A DNA stretch of 64,000 nucleotides, from NCBI GenBank assembly GCA_964106645.2, contig OZ067039.1. One strand, written 5' to 3'. The notes under the pieces are model-generated. The model worked only from the letters and a program-made list of their open reading frames with translations. It was not told the origin of the DNA and made no database searches. The position numbers and the translations under genes were made by a program. This document shows positions 52,312 through 64,000 of the stretch, piece by piece (positions within the stretch are counted from its first letter, which is position 1; the number at the start of each line of letters is the position of its first letter). This stretch comes from Podarcis pityusensis (lineage: Eukaryota).

Positions 52312-55300
52312 TTTTGCTCTTTGGTACCTGGATTTTTTATTTAAGAGTTATGTTTGTTTTCATTCATCATCTTTGGACCGCTACAAATGTTTTGCAGATT
52401 GATGTTAAAAATTAAGAAATATTGCCATATATAATATGGATGCTTTCTCCATTTTTCTTCCCTGGCCGTATTCCTTTGTACCAAGACCAGATGAGTGGAA
52501 GAAAAAAAAGCCCTGTTATCACCCCTGCCAATACAGTAGCCATCTATGTATGGTAAAAGTAAATCCCCCTAAATCTTACCAGAAATGACACAGAGTTAAC
52601 TGATTTCCCACATGTTTGTTTAGCTTTTGGAAAATTGTTTCAGACTCCAAGCATTGGTTTTAGGTGATGCTACCAGGATCTTTAGACCATCCAAGGTCCT
52701 GGTCTATACTCATTTCAAACTGAGCTCAAATCCAAGACACTGGGATCTGGCCTGAAATGGACTGGCAGAACATCCAAAATACATTTTAAGAGTCCAAGTT
52801 TTGCAGAATTTGCTGGCTTATCTATAATCATGCCAAGCAAACCTCAGTCTGAGCCAGAGTCCACCTGTGATAGCTCTAGCAAGACACAATTCTCTCAGCC
52901 GGGAATTGGATGGCATTGGAAGCTGGATGCAATCCCAACTTCCCAGCCATGTCTAAAGTTTACCGGAGCTCAGCTGCCCTACCAGCTTAGACAGGGAAGT
53001 GGGAAATGGGAAATGCCAGAGAAGCAGAATGTTTTTTGTCAGTCAGATTCTCTGACATGTTACCTGTTATACTCTAAGGTGAATTCATCAAATATTTATG
53101 AAAATGTTCAGGATATATGAACCTTGATTATTTGATCTTATTTTTCACTTTAGTGTGCCACACTAGAAATGGCCTGGTACAATCTGGTACTTGAAATGTA
53201 GAAAACTAGATTTATTCTCGACTGTCCTTATGTACAATACTGTGTTTTGGAAGTTGGCAAGTTTCTTCTAGGCTCAAACCATTTTTACTGAATGCATGGT
53301 TAGTGTAATGACACTTTAAAAAACGGTTCAGAAAGGGGAAAGTGTGCTCATGGTACAGGTTGCCGAAAGTAGCAAAGCAATTCCTGTTCAACTTATGCAG
53401 TTCCACCCAGGTTCCAATTTCATATCAAACTCCTGCCCAGGAATTCACTTGAATGTGGCATATTATACACTATTGAATTGCACATGTTCATGGTTGAGCC
53501 ATGATTACCAGCTTCATATGATCTTATTAAATGTGTGGTTGATCTACAAAGTAATTATATCATGCATAAATAGGGCTTTGAATGCCACTACCTGATCTAA
53601 TTGAAAATATTCCTACATTCTTAATCTGCATCAGGGCCGTCATTTACTCTAGGACCACAACCCTAATCACATTTACAAGTGAGCTGGTTCCATTGAAATC
53701 AAATGGAGCTTACTTAATTCCATGAAAACGTAAGATCTCCAACTTTTAATGAAAGTGAATCAGGGTTCAAAAGTCATCCAAAACCAGCCCTTTCATAAGA
53801 CTTCAAGCATGGCTTTTCCCCAGACAGAGGAAGTGTGTGTTAGAGCCAAGTATCTTTGGAGGGATGGAAATAGCATCCATGGCTGTTTGATTTTGATGGC
53901 TGTCTGACTACTTACAGAATAAATCATTTCTGTTTCCAGAGGGGGAAATTATTCTGGATTTACAGAAGGTAATTGCTTTTGGTGTTATGCAACTGATGAT
54001 ATTAAAACCTTTCAATTGTATAATGACTAGAAAGCCTTATGATACATACAATTCCCTTATAACTGCTGTTTCAGGGAAACATCTTCCACGAAGTATGGCT
54101 ATTTTGAACCATTTCTGATCTTGACAAGGATTAACAACCATTGGGCATGCAGGAGAGATGACAGAACTATGGCCAAAGCATCACCATCTGTCCTAAGTTG
54201 ACATATTCACAATCATATGCTTCACTTGTGGATTCTCTTGACGTCGCTTATGTGCTTGTTTGCATTTCCTGGCTTCCTACCATGGAAATAACTATGATGA
54301 CTTGATTGGTGCCAATTAGCTGTGGTGACAAGCAGCCCAAAGTGCTAGCCCTGTAAACAGTTCATATAAATATGGCTGTTCTTTTCACCAAGGCTGTGTA
54401 TACAATTGTGTGTCCCTGAGGTCCAGTCTTTGGAGAGGCCAGGGGCACATTTGGAAACCTGAGAGCCAATGGCAATGTTTATTATTACAGAAAACAGGCA
54501 GCAGAAACTTGAGAGCAAACCATGGTCTCTGTCACAAAATGGCTGTCACAAAATGGCTTCCAGAATGGGAATGGTCAGTCACAGGATCCACAGACACACA
54601 CGGAGCGGGGGGTAGAAACACGGAAACTCAGACCTAGCAGTAGCAGCACATCACTAGATGGGGCAGGGCAGGACAGGGGGCAGGACGACCAGGTTGAATC
54701 CAGTGGCATGTCTATGCAACCCTGAGCAGGCCACGGCACTTACCCACCCCTACCCCGTAGATGTGGATGCCAGGGAACATCATCACAGATACAAGTTCAC
54801 CCACGAACACAGCACTGGTGATGCCAACTGGATCCCACTACCCTATATCAACTAAAAGAAGAATTGTGGCATTCTATATCCACCCCTCTTTAATAGGATG
54901 CTCTGCTTCTGATGCAACGTGGAATGGGCTGCACTTTCAATAAGACAGCTACAAAGTAATAAACGGTACCTACCAGGAGTATAGTCAGAAAAGCTGTTCA
55001 TGGTCCAGATTAAATAAAAGTGGTGCTACAACCGCTTGCAAACATGCTTATATATAGGGCAGTCTCATGATCTGATCCTAATCATTCCATAACTCATGTA
55101 AATGCTCAGAAGGTTGTTAGGAGTCTGGTCATCCAACCAGAATCTAACAAAACGTGGGACCATGATGACTTCTCTGGTCAAGAGCTGTCTCTGCCCTCAA
55201 CATCCCCACTTGTGTGACCGACCTGTTTCACCCTTCACTTCCTGCACTGGTAGGAAGGAGGCCCCTAAGCACATTCAGCTTAAAATGAGCTTAAAAGCCT

Positions 55301-55879
55301 CGCCACAATTGTTTGGAGGCTTCTCTGCAAGTTTTGCTGAACACATTTTCAAACCTTTCTGCTCAGTGCAAGAAGGTCAGGACAGAGCCAGTGGAGACAG
55401 GGACATTAGAGCCATGGTTAGCACATACAATACTACTGGGGTAGTAGTCAACTAAGTTTTACTCAGCGTAAACCCACTGAAATGACTGAATATGAACTTA
55501 GAGGTATTGATTTCAATATATCTAGTATGTGTAAAACTTAGTTGACTAGCACTCTGTATATTGTCACATGTTTGGCTTAACACCTGAGCAGAGTTCTTGC
55601 TTCCTGCTTAAGTGACATTTCTACACGCATTCTCTGCGTTTTGACCTATAACTCCTTCCATAGCTAGCTTTCCGCAGTGTTGTGGCTTTGTAGATTATGT
55701 TTTATATGAAGAGGCATTAAGTCATGCAATCCTGACTGATTTCAAAAAGTTCTTTGTGCAGCCACAGTTTTTGCCTCATGTGTTCTTTCTAAAATTCGTA
55801 ACTGGCCCTCAGTTTTGTATCTAGGTTGAGAAAGGCAGCTCATTCGTTGACTTTTGTTAATGCATTCAAGTAGAACTGA

Positions 55880-56010
55880 TGTTGGGAACCTTTGCCCCTC
55901 CAGATGCTACTGAACTACATCTCCCACCATCCCTAGCCATTTGTCATGCAAGCTGGGGATTATGGGAGTTGTAGTTCAGCAACATCTGGAGGGCCAAAGA
56001 TTTCCCAGAC
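55880..56010. mobile_element. hAT MITE
   Basis: gggaacctttgcccctccagatg / catctggagggccaaagatttccc inverted arms. Confidence 0.75.
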
Positions 56011-57104
56011 CAAATGAAGACAAAGAAGAAAGTCAGAATCCAGAGAAATTTACTTACTTTCCTATTTGTTAAAGTATACCATCTGTGCCCCTTCCTTCAA
56101 AAATACCTTTCCATAGGGCAGGTTTAGGAAACAGAATTCAGAGTCAACCTTAAACTGTCAACACAGGATCAGATTTTAATCCTCAATCCCATTATTTGTT
56201 GGCAAAACCTTCAAAATAAGATTGTCAAATATAATTGTCAATTTGACTATGGCTTGTGAAAAGGCTATGCCTTCTCCTGAGACATACATCGAAACTCTCT
56301 GACCATGGCGATCTTCTCCTTCTGAAATCAGTGTCCTTCAGTTTCAGGTTGGGCCATTTCCCAGTTCCTTAGTCTGCATAAGGCCGCTCAGATACAGGCA
56401 GCTGTTTGCCCAGAAGGGGTTCTGTGTGCACATGCCTAGGGCAAACTTTGCCAGTTTGAACACGGACATTTTCAAAACTTCTACCCCATTTTTCCAGATG
56501 GTTAACTGCAGGGAGGGCTGGATAGCAATGCCAGAGATGGGAATACATAACAGATTCAAAATTGGGTTAGCAGATTTTCAGGGACCAATTTCTGCATGCA
56601 GGTGCCAAATCGAAGGAAAATGTCCTTAATAACATAAGCAACAACTGGGAGGGAAGAGTTGAGAACCGTATGAGAAGCAAGGCGGAGAGCCTGAAATACC
56701 TTATATTTTTGCTGGAAGAAAGCCACCTTTAATGAGATCACAGTTCCTCAGGATTCTTGGTTACCTGCTCTGCATTCTGTTCTGGGTGTGGAGTGTGGGG
56801 ATATCAAATCCCATGGCTTTCAGCAGTAATTGTATACTCATAATACCCATACCTCTATATCCCAGACCATTCTCCCACCATCCAGTCTTATACCTACAAT
56901 TGCCTGTCTGATATATCTACCAAGACTATATCATTGCTATCCCAAGCTCAGCGCATTCAAGGGTGAACTGCTCATCTCCCCCTTCAAGCCCTGTTGGCTG
57001 TTGAGGACCTTTCAAAGCTGGTAGGACAGAGGGCAGGGCAGGTAATAGTGGGATCCTAAATAAGTGTACATTGGATTGCAGTCTTATGGTTCCCTATTTG
57101 TTCT

Positions 57105-57393
57105 AGAGCCAGCGTGGTGTGAGAGCCAGCGTGGTGTAGTGGTTAAGAGCAGTGTACTTGTAATCTGGTGAACCGGGTTCGCGTCCCCACTCCTCCACAT
57201 GCAGCTGCTGGGTGACCTTGGGCTAGTCACACTTCTCTGAATTCTCTCAGCCCCACTCAGCTCACAGAGAGTTTGTTGTGGGGGAGGAAGGGAAAGGAGA
57301 TTGTTAGCCGCTTTGAGACTCCTTAAGGGGAGTGAAAGGCGGGCCATCAAGTCCAAACTCCTCCTCCTCCTCCTCCTCTTCTTCTTCTTCTTC
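57105..57393 (+). mobile_element. Full-length Squam3-like SINE with duplicated 5' head
   Basis: gagagccagcgtggtgtagtgg start, (CTC)n(CTT)n tail; high identity to the copy at 3956. Confidence 0.9.
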
Positions 57394-59709
57394 TACATAC
57401 TACTACTACTGGTTGTGTTCTTTTGTCTTTAACAACAGCCTGACATGCAGATATTGAACAAGTGAAGATTTTTTACTTGCATGGGAAAGCTTCCAATCTG
57501 AACTTTTGCATATGCCCTCAGAAGTAAGCCCTGAGATGATCAAGGAGATTTACTCCTATGTGCATAGGTACTCTGCCCCTTCAGCTGTAACAAAGACTTT
57601 CACTCTCTGAAATAATTCTTCCCATCTTCCCTTGAAGACTGATGCCTTTAATTCCTTTTGAGAACCCTTACATGATGTCAGCTCTCTTTCTTCCTTCTTT
57701 TCCCTCTTCAAAATGCACATTTTCCCTCCATCATTTGTATAACACCCATATTCAAAGACAACTTTTAGCACGTATGAGTATATTTGCTTGCATTCTTCCC
57801 TTTTTAATTTATGTTAACACTTGTGTCTTCCTTTTGTTGTCTCTCCTCCACTGTCAACATTTAGATTTAGGGCAGGGTCCTGTCTTTCCCCCTTATTTAA
57901 CTTTGTAAAGTGCTTCTAAATATTAATAACATATCCTTCTACTGCTTCACCAAAAACACAAGTCTATGAAGTCATGCCAAATATTATTTGGTCTGCAGAA
58001 AGCCAGTTGAATTACCCAGCTTATTCACCAGGCAACTGAGCCTGATGGGGTCTCATGTGTGGGTGACTAATCTTGTTTATAAAGGAGACCTTGGACAATG
58101 CACAGTAGCTAGAGGGCTTGATTAAGCTGATTCTTAAAACATGTACTAATAAAGGAAGCTTCTTCCTCCTCCTCCTCTTCACATTAAATGACTCCTTTCC
58201 TAACCATTCCCCCCACCCACAGCCACAATTTTTCTACCTCTACAAAGCACCCAGCAGGACACTTTTTCTTTCATTTATCAACATACAGCAAGAGATTAAC
58301 TTTGAAAATCAAATAAAGATCACTATTAGTTTAGTCCTTTTTTCTATACCAAGGTGTCCACCAGGTCACTGATGCTGACCTCAGGAATGAGAAACTGGTG
58401 GTTTCTGACAGAACACCATGGCAGATTCAACTAACCCAATCTGCTAGTGGAAACCAGCACAAGGGGTCGTACTAGTACAATGAGGCTTTCTTCCCTCCCA
58501 CTGTGCCTCTCTCAAATCTGCTATGGAGAGTTAGAAGAACACAAGGGAATGAGAGAAGAGAGAATTCCATCTGTGAAGCAGAAATGCTTGCCCTGATGGA
58601 ACAATCACCTTAGGGCAACACTGAATTCCACTCATTGTTCCCTAAATGGGATTGGGAGAGAAAACTTCAAAAATTCATTCCTCTATAGTTTTAAGTAAAA
58701 TACAAGATTGATATGCCTAAATGAAGAGTATGAGAAACCAAATCTAGTCTTAAGAGTTCCTGGAGGAGAAATTCAAGTCCTGGACATTTTCTTGGGAAAC
58801 CAGGGAAGCAATAATTTGAGTACACCTAAGAGATAAACATGCACCTCCACATTTATAATGTGCAAGGCTGTTGTTTTTTCCAGGTACAAAAGCATCATGA
58901 GGATGATTTTCTTAAATGATATTTATTAAATTTTCCATCCATAAGGATGATGATTAATGGAATCAGAACAGCCATGGAGGTGAAATTTAACTCCTTCCTC
59001 TCTCACTGCAGCCAGAAGTTAAGCCTTCTTCCCAAGCTAGTAATTGGCCTGTGAGGAAATCCTCCATTGCCAAGAAACAGGGATTGCCCCACAAAGCAGC
59101 TAACAGCTTCAGAAATGGATACCTCTCAGGACTGCATCAGGGGAGGGAAGAGTGAAATTCTCCCTCCCTGCCTGCTGTGATTCCAATATTTATCAGTTCT
59201 CAGCTGAGCAGATGCTATTTGCATTTTTCAAGAGCTGCATGTTAGATCCTGTCACGTTTATTTAATATCATGTGTAGTTTGGCCCAAAATATGTAGGAGG
59301 AGGAAACATCTCCAAAACACATGGGTAATCAGGTTTTCAGACTTTCTTAAAAATCACAGAAAGAGAGTGCTTGTAGTCTCACGAAACTGCCTCAAGTTCT
59401 AGACAACTTCATTGCTGATAAACCTTGTCTATACTGATATGATGTTGCTTCCCCTGCCTCTCAGCTACTGGGTAACTCTAGTTATATTGACTTCCTTTCC
59501 TCTGAGGCATTCTAGTAAATGGGTTTTTGTCACACATTTGTGTAGCACTCTATAACCTGTCGGTGAAAGGCAGTTAGGAATTATTTCAAATGAAACAGAT
59601 ATAGTTCTTCAGAAATACAAAGTTGCATAGTGCAATCTTCTACACGATCACTTGGAAGTAAGTTTTATCAATGTCAGTGGGATGTATTCTCAGGTATTCA
59701 TAGATCAGA

Positions 59710-60230
59710 TGTAATGATCTCTGGCAGGCAATCAAGCCCCGATAAGAAGTAATGACTCTCTGGCAGTTTAACGTACGTTTATTTTACAAAAAGACACATC
59801 CAGAGCCCGGCATCTTGCCTGCTCACATTTCATTTGTTGGTCAGTCTGAAATTTCGCCCCTCCCACAGCAGGAAGGATGCCAGACTCCCGCCTTTTCCCT
59901 CTTGCCCTTCTGTTGCCCTCTGATTTTATCCAAACGCCTGGATCGGGGACTGAGAGGCTGACCTCCCCTCTCCTCCCCACTCTCACTCAACACAGACTGA
60001 GACTCAGACCTCTGCTTATCTGCTGATTGCCTAGCAATGCTCTGGCTGCCTTCCAACTCTTCCTCTCCTTGAGAGCTAATAGAGTCTTCTCTGGAAAGGG
60101 GGGTCAAACTGCCCTTTCTCAATTCTGACAGCCAGTTCTCATCTGCAGAGTTGGACTAATTCATTTAGTTCAATCTCTGAGTCTAACTCATCCCCTGTGT
60201 TCGGGGGGGGGGGGAGGCATGTTCCTGACA
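59710..60230 (-). mobile_element. Solo LTR (521 bp)
   Basis: TGTAA...TGACA termini; perfect 5-bp TSD TCAGA (59705-59709 and 60231-60235); AATAAA on - strand near 59778. Confidence 0.85.
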
Positions 60231-61728
60231 TCAGATCCACTTACTGAAGAGTGCGCCCTGTTGCAGTAGTCGCTGATATTGTGGGGCAGTGCCATTCTTC
60301 TTGCACACTGACTTTGTTGCACCTTACCTGGACAGGTCTGAGAAAGGATGGTGCCGAGGTCAAGCTGTGCAGACATACTGCTGGAGCCTAGCCAGGGCTC
60401 CAGTGGATACATCTGCACCACCCCAGCCTCACTGCTGCCTGGGTAATCTGCAGCAACTCCTGTGTCAGAAGTGCAGATCTATGCCATCACAGTGGCTGCT
60501 TTTGCCCCAGTGAACTTAGTGGGTCTTTCTTCTGAGTAGACAGCCATAGAATTACATTGTTAATTTTCCTGTGGAAATTTCAGCTCCTTTACTAGTGCTC
60601 AGATTGCCTAGTGTCCCGTTCTCATTTAGTGTTGTCCTCCATAATTCATGTTGATAATCTTCCACTCAAGACACCATTTTAAAATTCCCATGTGGCAAGT
60701 GCATGACTCCTGCCGAAATGCCGTAACACAGCTGTTGTTGGCAATATATTCACCATTTTTTTAATGGTTCCCCCACTCCCACTTCAGTGAAGACGAGCCT
60801 GGAAAGTTTGTGCAGGGATCTGGGAATATGGCTTCCCAAATTAGAGGCATTTTCAAAAGATTTTCACCAAGGTTCATAAGATTATAATGCAGATCCACAA
60901 TAACTGAGGGTACTTTACTATGTGCTCAAAATCCCAGAAAATCTTATTTCCAAAGAAGGGAAACAAAGTAATATTTTCAGGCCTTTCATCCCTGGTTTTA
61001 AAACCAATTGGCTGCAGTACAGTAAAGAGTTACGATAGGCAAACATAAACCCAGCGAAATCAATGGACTTAGTCACTTAAATCTGTATTGGATTATAGCA
61101 ATTACAATTTCATTGCAACAAAGGTGCCAGAAGCCCAGTTATGTGTAAGTATTTATTTAGAAGTAAATCTAATTGGTTTCAGTGGAACACATAGGAGCAT
61201 GAGAAGAGCTCTGCAGGATCAGGCCAAAGGCCTATTTAATTCAGTCTCCTGTGTTCACAGTGGCCAACCAGATGTCTATGAGAAGGCCGCCAGCAGGACC
61301 TTCTGAACCGAATGGAAAATGTGTGGTTGCATTTTTCTGTGCTTTATTTTAAAATATATTAAAATTAGCAATGGGGTGGGGGATCCAGACTGTGATATGT
61401 GGGGGTGCTTCACCACTTCTGCACACAGCCAGGAATATTGTTACTGCACCGTGAAACAGCTCTTTGCTATTAGAGGAAAAATTATATAAACTAGCACAGA
61501 GAATTTAGTGACAATGGGAGGTGCAGGAAATGATTTTTGTCATAGCCACGTCAAGGGAAGAAAAAGGCAGACTTTCCTTTATCACATGCTGGGTCCTGAC
61601 AAAAAGTATTTGTGTGTGTGCGACCACATCTAAGTTTTGCCTTAAGTTCTTGAAATTGAAGGCAGTTGCTGGTCAATAGCACTAAGGAGAAAATCTGCCA
61701 TATACAAAAAAGAGATCCTCTGTCAAAA

Positions 61729-62025
61729 ATGGGGAACCTGTGGTCCTCCAGATTTTCTTACACATCAGCTCTCTTCAGCCACAGCCAGCCTGGGCATAGG
61801 TCAGGAATGATGGTAATGGTAGTCTAACAGAATCTAGACAGATTCAGGGGGATAGCCGTGTTGATCTGTCATAGTCATAATAAATAACAAGATGAAAGAT
61901 GAAAAAATCTTTTTTAATAATTCCAGTGGCACCTTAAGGATCAACTAAATATAAGCTTTCAAGCTATGAGCTTTCGTGTGTAATACACACTTCGTCAGAT
62001 CTAGACAGCCACATGTCCCTAATAC
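61729..62025. mobile_element. hAT MITE split by a Penelope-like insert (61842-61998)
   Basis: MITE arms on both sides; 10-bp TSD atctagacag (61832-61841 and 61999-62008). Confidence 0.75.
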
Positions 62026-63184
62026 CCAGACTCCAGAGCGCCTGACCACAAACCATGGAAACCATAGTTCCTGAGCTGTTGTTGTTGTTTTCTGCAACCA
62101 CCTTAGGAAGCAGGAAAGTCCTTCCAGATTTATTCATTCACTGAAGACACCAAGGATTGTGTTCTCTCTCCACCCCGTCCTGGTGCTGTTTTAAAAGATG
62201 CTATTTCTGTGAGCAAGAGCTTCACAGATTGCAGTTGGCAAACTACTTTGTCATGAAGCCAAGGCTTCTTTCAAACATGGCAAATCCGATCTAAGTCAGA
62301 CATTCCTCCTCTCCTGTGGAACACAGAACTGCATGGGCCAGCTGATAGTGGGAAGCTGGCGAGACGCAGCTTCAGAGGGCAGCAAATCTGCACCTCTTTT
62401 GTGGCGTAAGAATGAACCTGCGGCCAGCAACTGAACACTTTCCAGGCAAGCCCCACTTGATCCAATTAGCCTCACCGGGCAGTGGGAAAGTTTCAATACA
62501 ATGCGGATTCAGTACAAAATGGAGCTTCTGTGCATTTATAAATGGTATAAGGAAGATATTGTCAACAATGAAGATTGCTTTATCAGTATTCAGCATAAGT
62601 GGAAACCCACAAATATTTATAGAGGGGACAAGAACAACTATCCCTTTTTGCCTCCACCACACACCCACACCTGCCAATCAGGTCTTCAACTAGCTTCATC
62701 ACTGCTTGCTTGTTTACATGTTAATGGTATGTATCTTTTGACCACAGCCTTTGCGGATCTATAAAACCTAGGGTTTTTGAAGTATGTGTACATGATCTGT
62801 ATGTTGTCATTAGCTAATCTGCAACAACTCTGGGGGTCATTTTGGATTCCCATTTTGCAGTTGGAGTACTGAGTCTAATATATGGTTTTATTTATTTATA
62901 CTATCTGCGCTCCGAATTTCTAACAAATATTCAAGGAGACCATAGGCCACTCATAGTTTCACAGGTGAACTATGACCACATGGGATAATGCATGTTGACA
63001 GGGGGTGGAGGGGATCAGCTTTTTCAGGGATGCCATATAATAAGTTTGTGATCATGTTCCTCTTCTTTAAACATTTTTTTTCAAAAAAACCAAGGACATC
63101 ATTTCATAAGAGCCTAGGTGGCAGTCAAATCCCCCACCCAATGTTTTTCAGCATAGGGATGTCATAAGCATTCAAATAAGGATG

Positions 63185-63440
63185 CTGCTAAAAGTAATTT
63201 CTTGTAAGAGCCCAATGCATCAGTCCAAAGGCCCATTTGTCCAGCACTGATCTCACAGCGACCAACCAGATGCTCATGGGAAGTCCATGGGCAGGGAGCA
63301 AGACACCTTCAATTCTCAACAGTTGATATTCAAAAGTTGTACCTCTGACCGTGGAGGTGGAATAATATTGGCTAGCAGAAATTGGTAGCCACATCCTCCA
63401 ATATCTATTTTAAAGCCATCCAAGTTGGCAGCCATCAATA
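63185..63440 (-). mobile_element. Degraded CR1 3' fragment
   Basis: cataagc..ggcccatttgtccagca..ctattttaaagccatccaagttggcagccatca. Confidence 0.55.
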
Positions 63441-64000
63441 AATCATGCAAATGTCCCTTCTCAAATGCCTGCAAGCAGGGTGGAGGCAAGTAGGCCCCTC
63501 CTCACAAACTCCATTTTGCCTTGATGCAATCAGTTTCCTCCTCCTCCTTTCCAGCCATGACTCTGAAATGTATCTTATAGCAATGAGAGGTAGGTGACAG
63601 AAGCCATTCCACATACCTCAATGGAGCATCTATTCCCACTAGTAGTCCCAGCCCCAGGAGGTAGAAGAGACTCTCTAGCAACATCTTGAAGGCACCATGT
63701 TGGTTTCCCCCCACATATAGTTCATGGGCCTCATAAATTGCTGTGACACATAAAACCGAGGTCTTGACTGCCATTCCCTAAGCAATGCATGAATTCATAA
63801 CACTGTGCTCTTTCAGCCACTTTAAAATAGGGTTAATCCCCACTGTGGGAGTTATTTGTAAGACTTAATAAGCTAATATTTGCCCAGCACTCTCCATGGG
63901 ATAATTATATACAAGATGCACATCCCTTTTATTAGCAAGTCTTTGATGGCTCAGTCTAACTGTCAGGGCACCTTTTCGTTCCCGAGGATCAATATGGGAT

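Larger units (their letters stand above)
49442..52330 (+). other. GRIA1: GRIA1 3'UTR (3' end approximate)
   Basis: follows the stop codon; no recognisable TE in ~2.9 kb; polyA signals near its end. Confidence 0.65.

Noticed and set aside
52330-64000. Exons of a downstream neighbouring gene
   Set aside because: No ORF with recognisable protein similarity; mostly TE-derived

Overview
Eukaryotic DNA from a squamate reptile; the SINE content suggests a lacertid lizard. The window holds the 3' half of the AMPA receptor gene GRIA1 (GluA1) on the + strand. Seven visible coding exons (1664-1870, 3477-3847, 27130-27328, 28329-28576, flop 34735-34849, 46532-46666, 49250-49441) splice in frame to 488 aa ending in the GluA1 PDZ motif ATGL. 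The flip exon lies almost entirely inside the only assembly gap (N 35474-35655); only its last 14 nt and donor are visible. A ~2.9 kb 3'UTR and ~11.6 kb of repeat-rich intergenic DNA follow. Nearly all other ORFs in the track are spurious. Transposons include Sauria/Squam SINEs, CR1, L2, Penelope-like pieces, hAT and Tigger-like MITEs and solo LTRs, several nested and with clear TSDs. Most interesting: (1) a long-range RNA duplex in the flop-flip intron whose base reaches the flop donor; (2) an apparent relic of the GluA2/4-type short C-tail after the M4 exon; (3) coding differences from mammalian GluA1 (new N-glycosylation sequon, DGKYG>DRKYG, loss of the K868-equivalent lysine); (4) a hairpin hiding decoy AGs at the last acceptor. 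Comparisons with mammalian sequences and repeat family names are from recall and need alignment checks.
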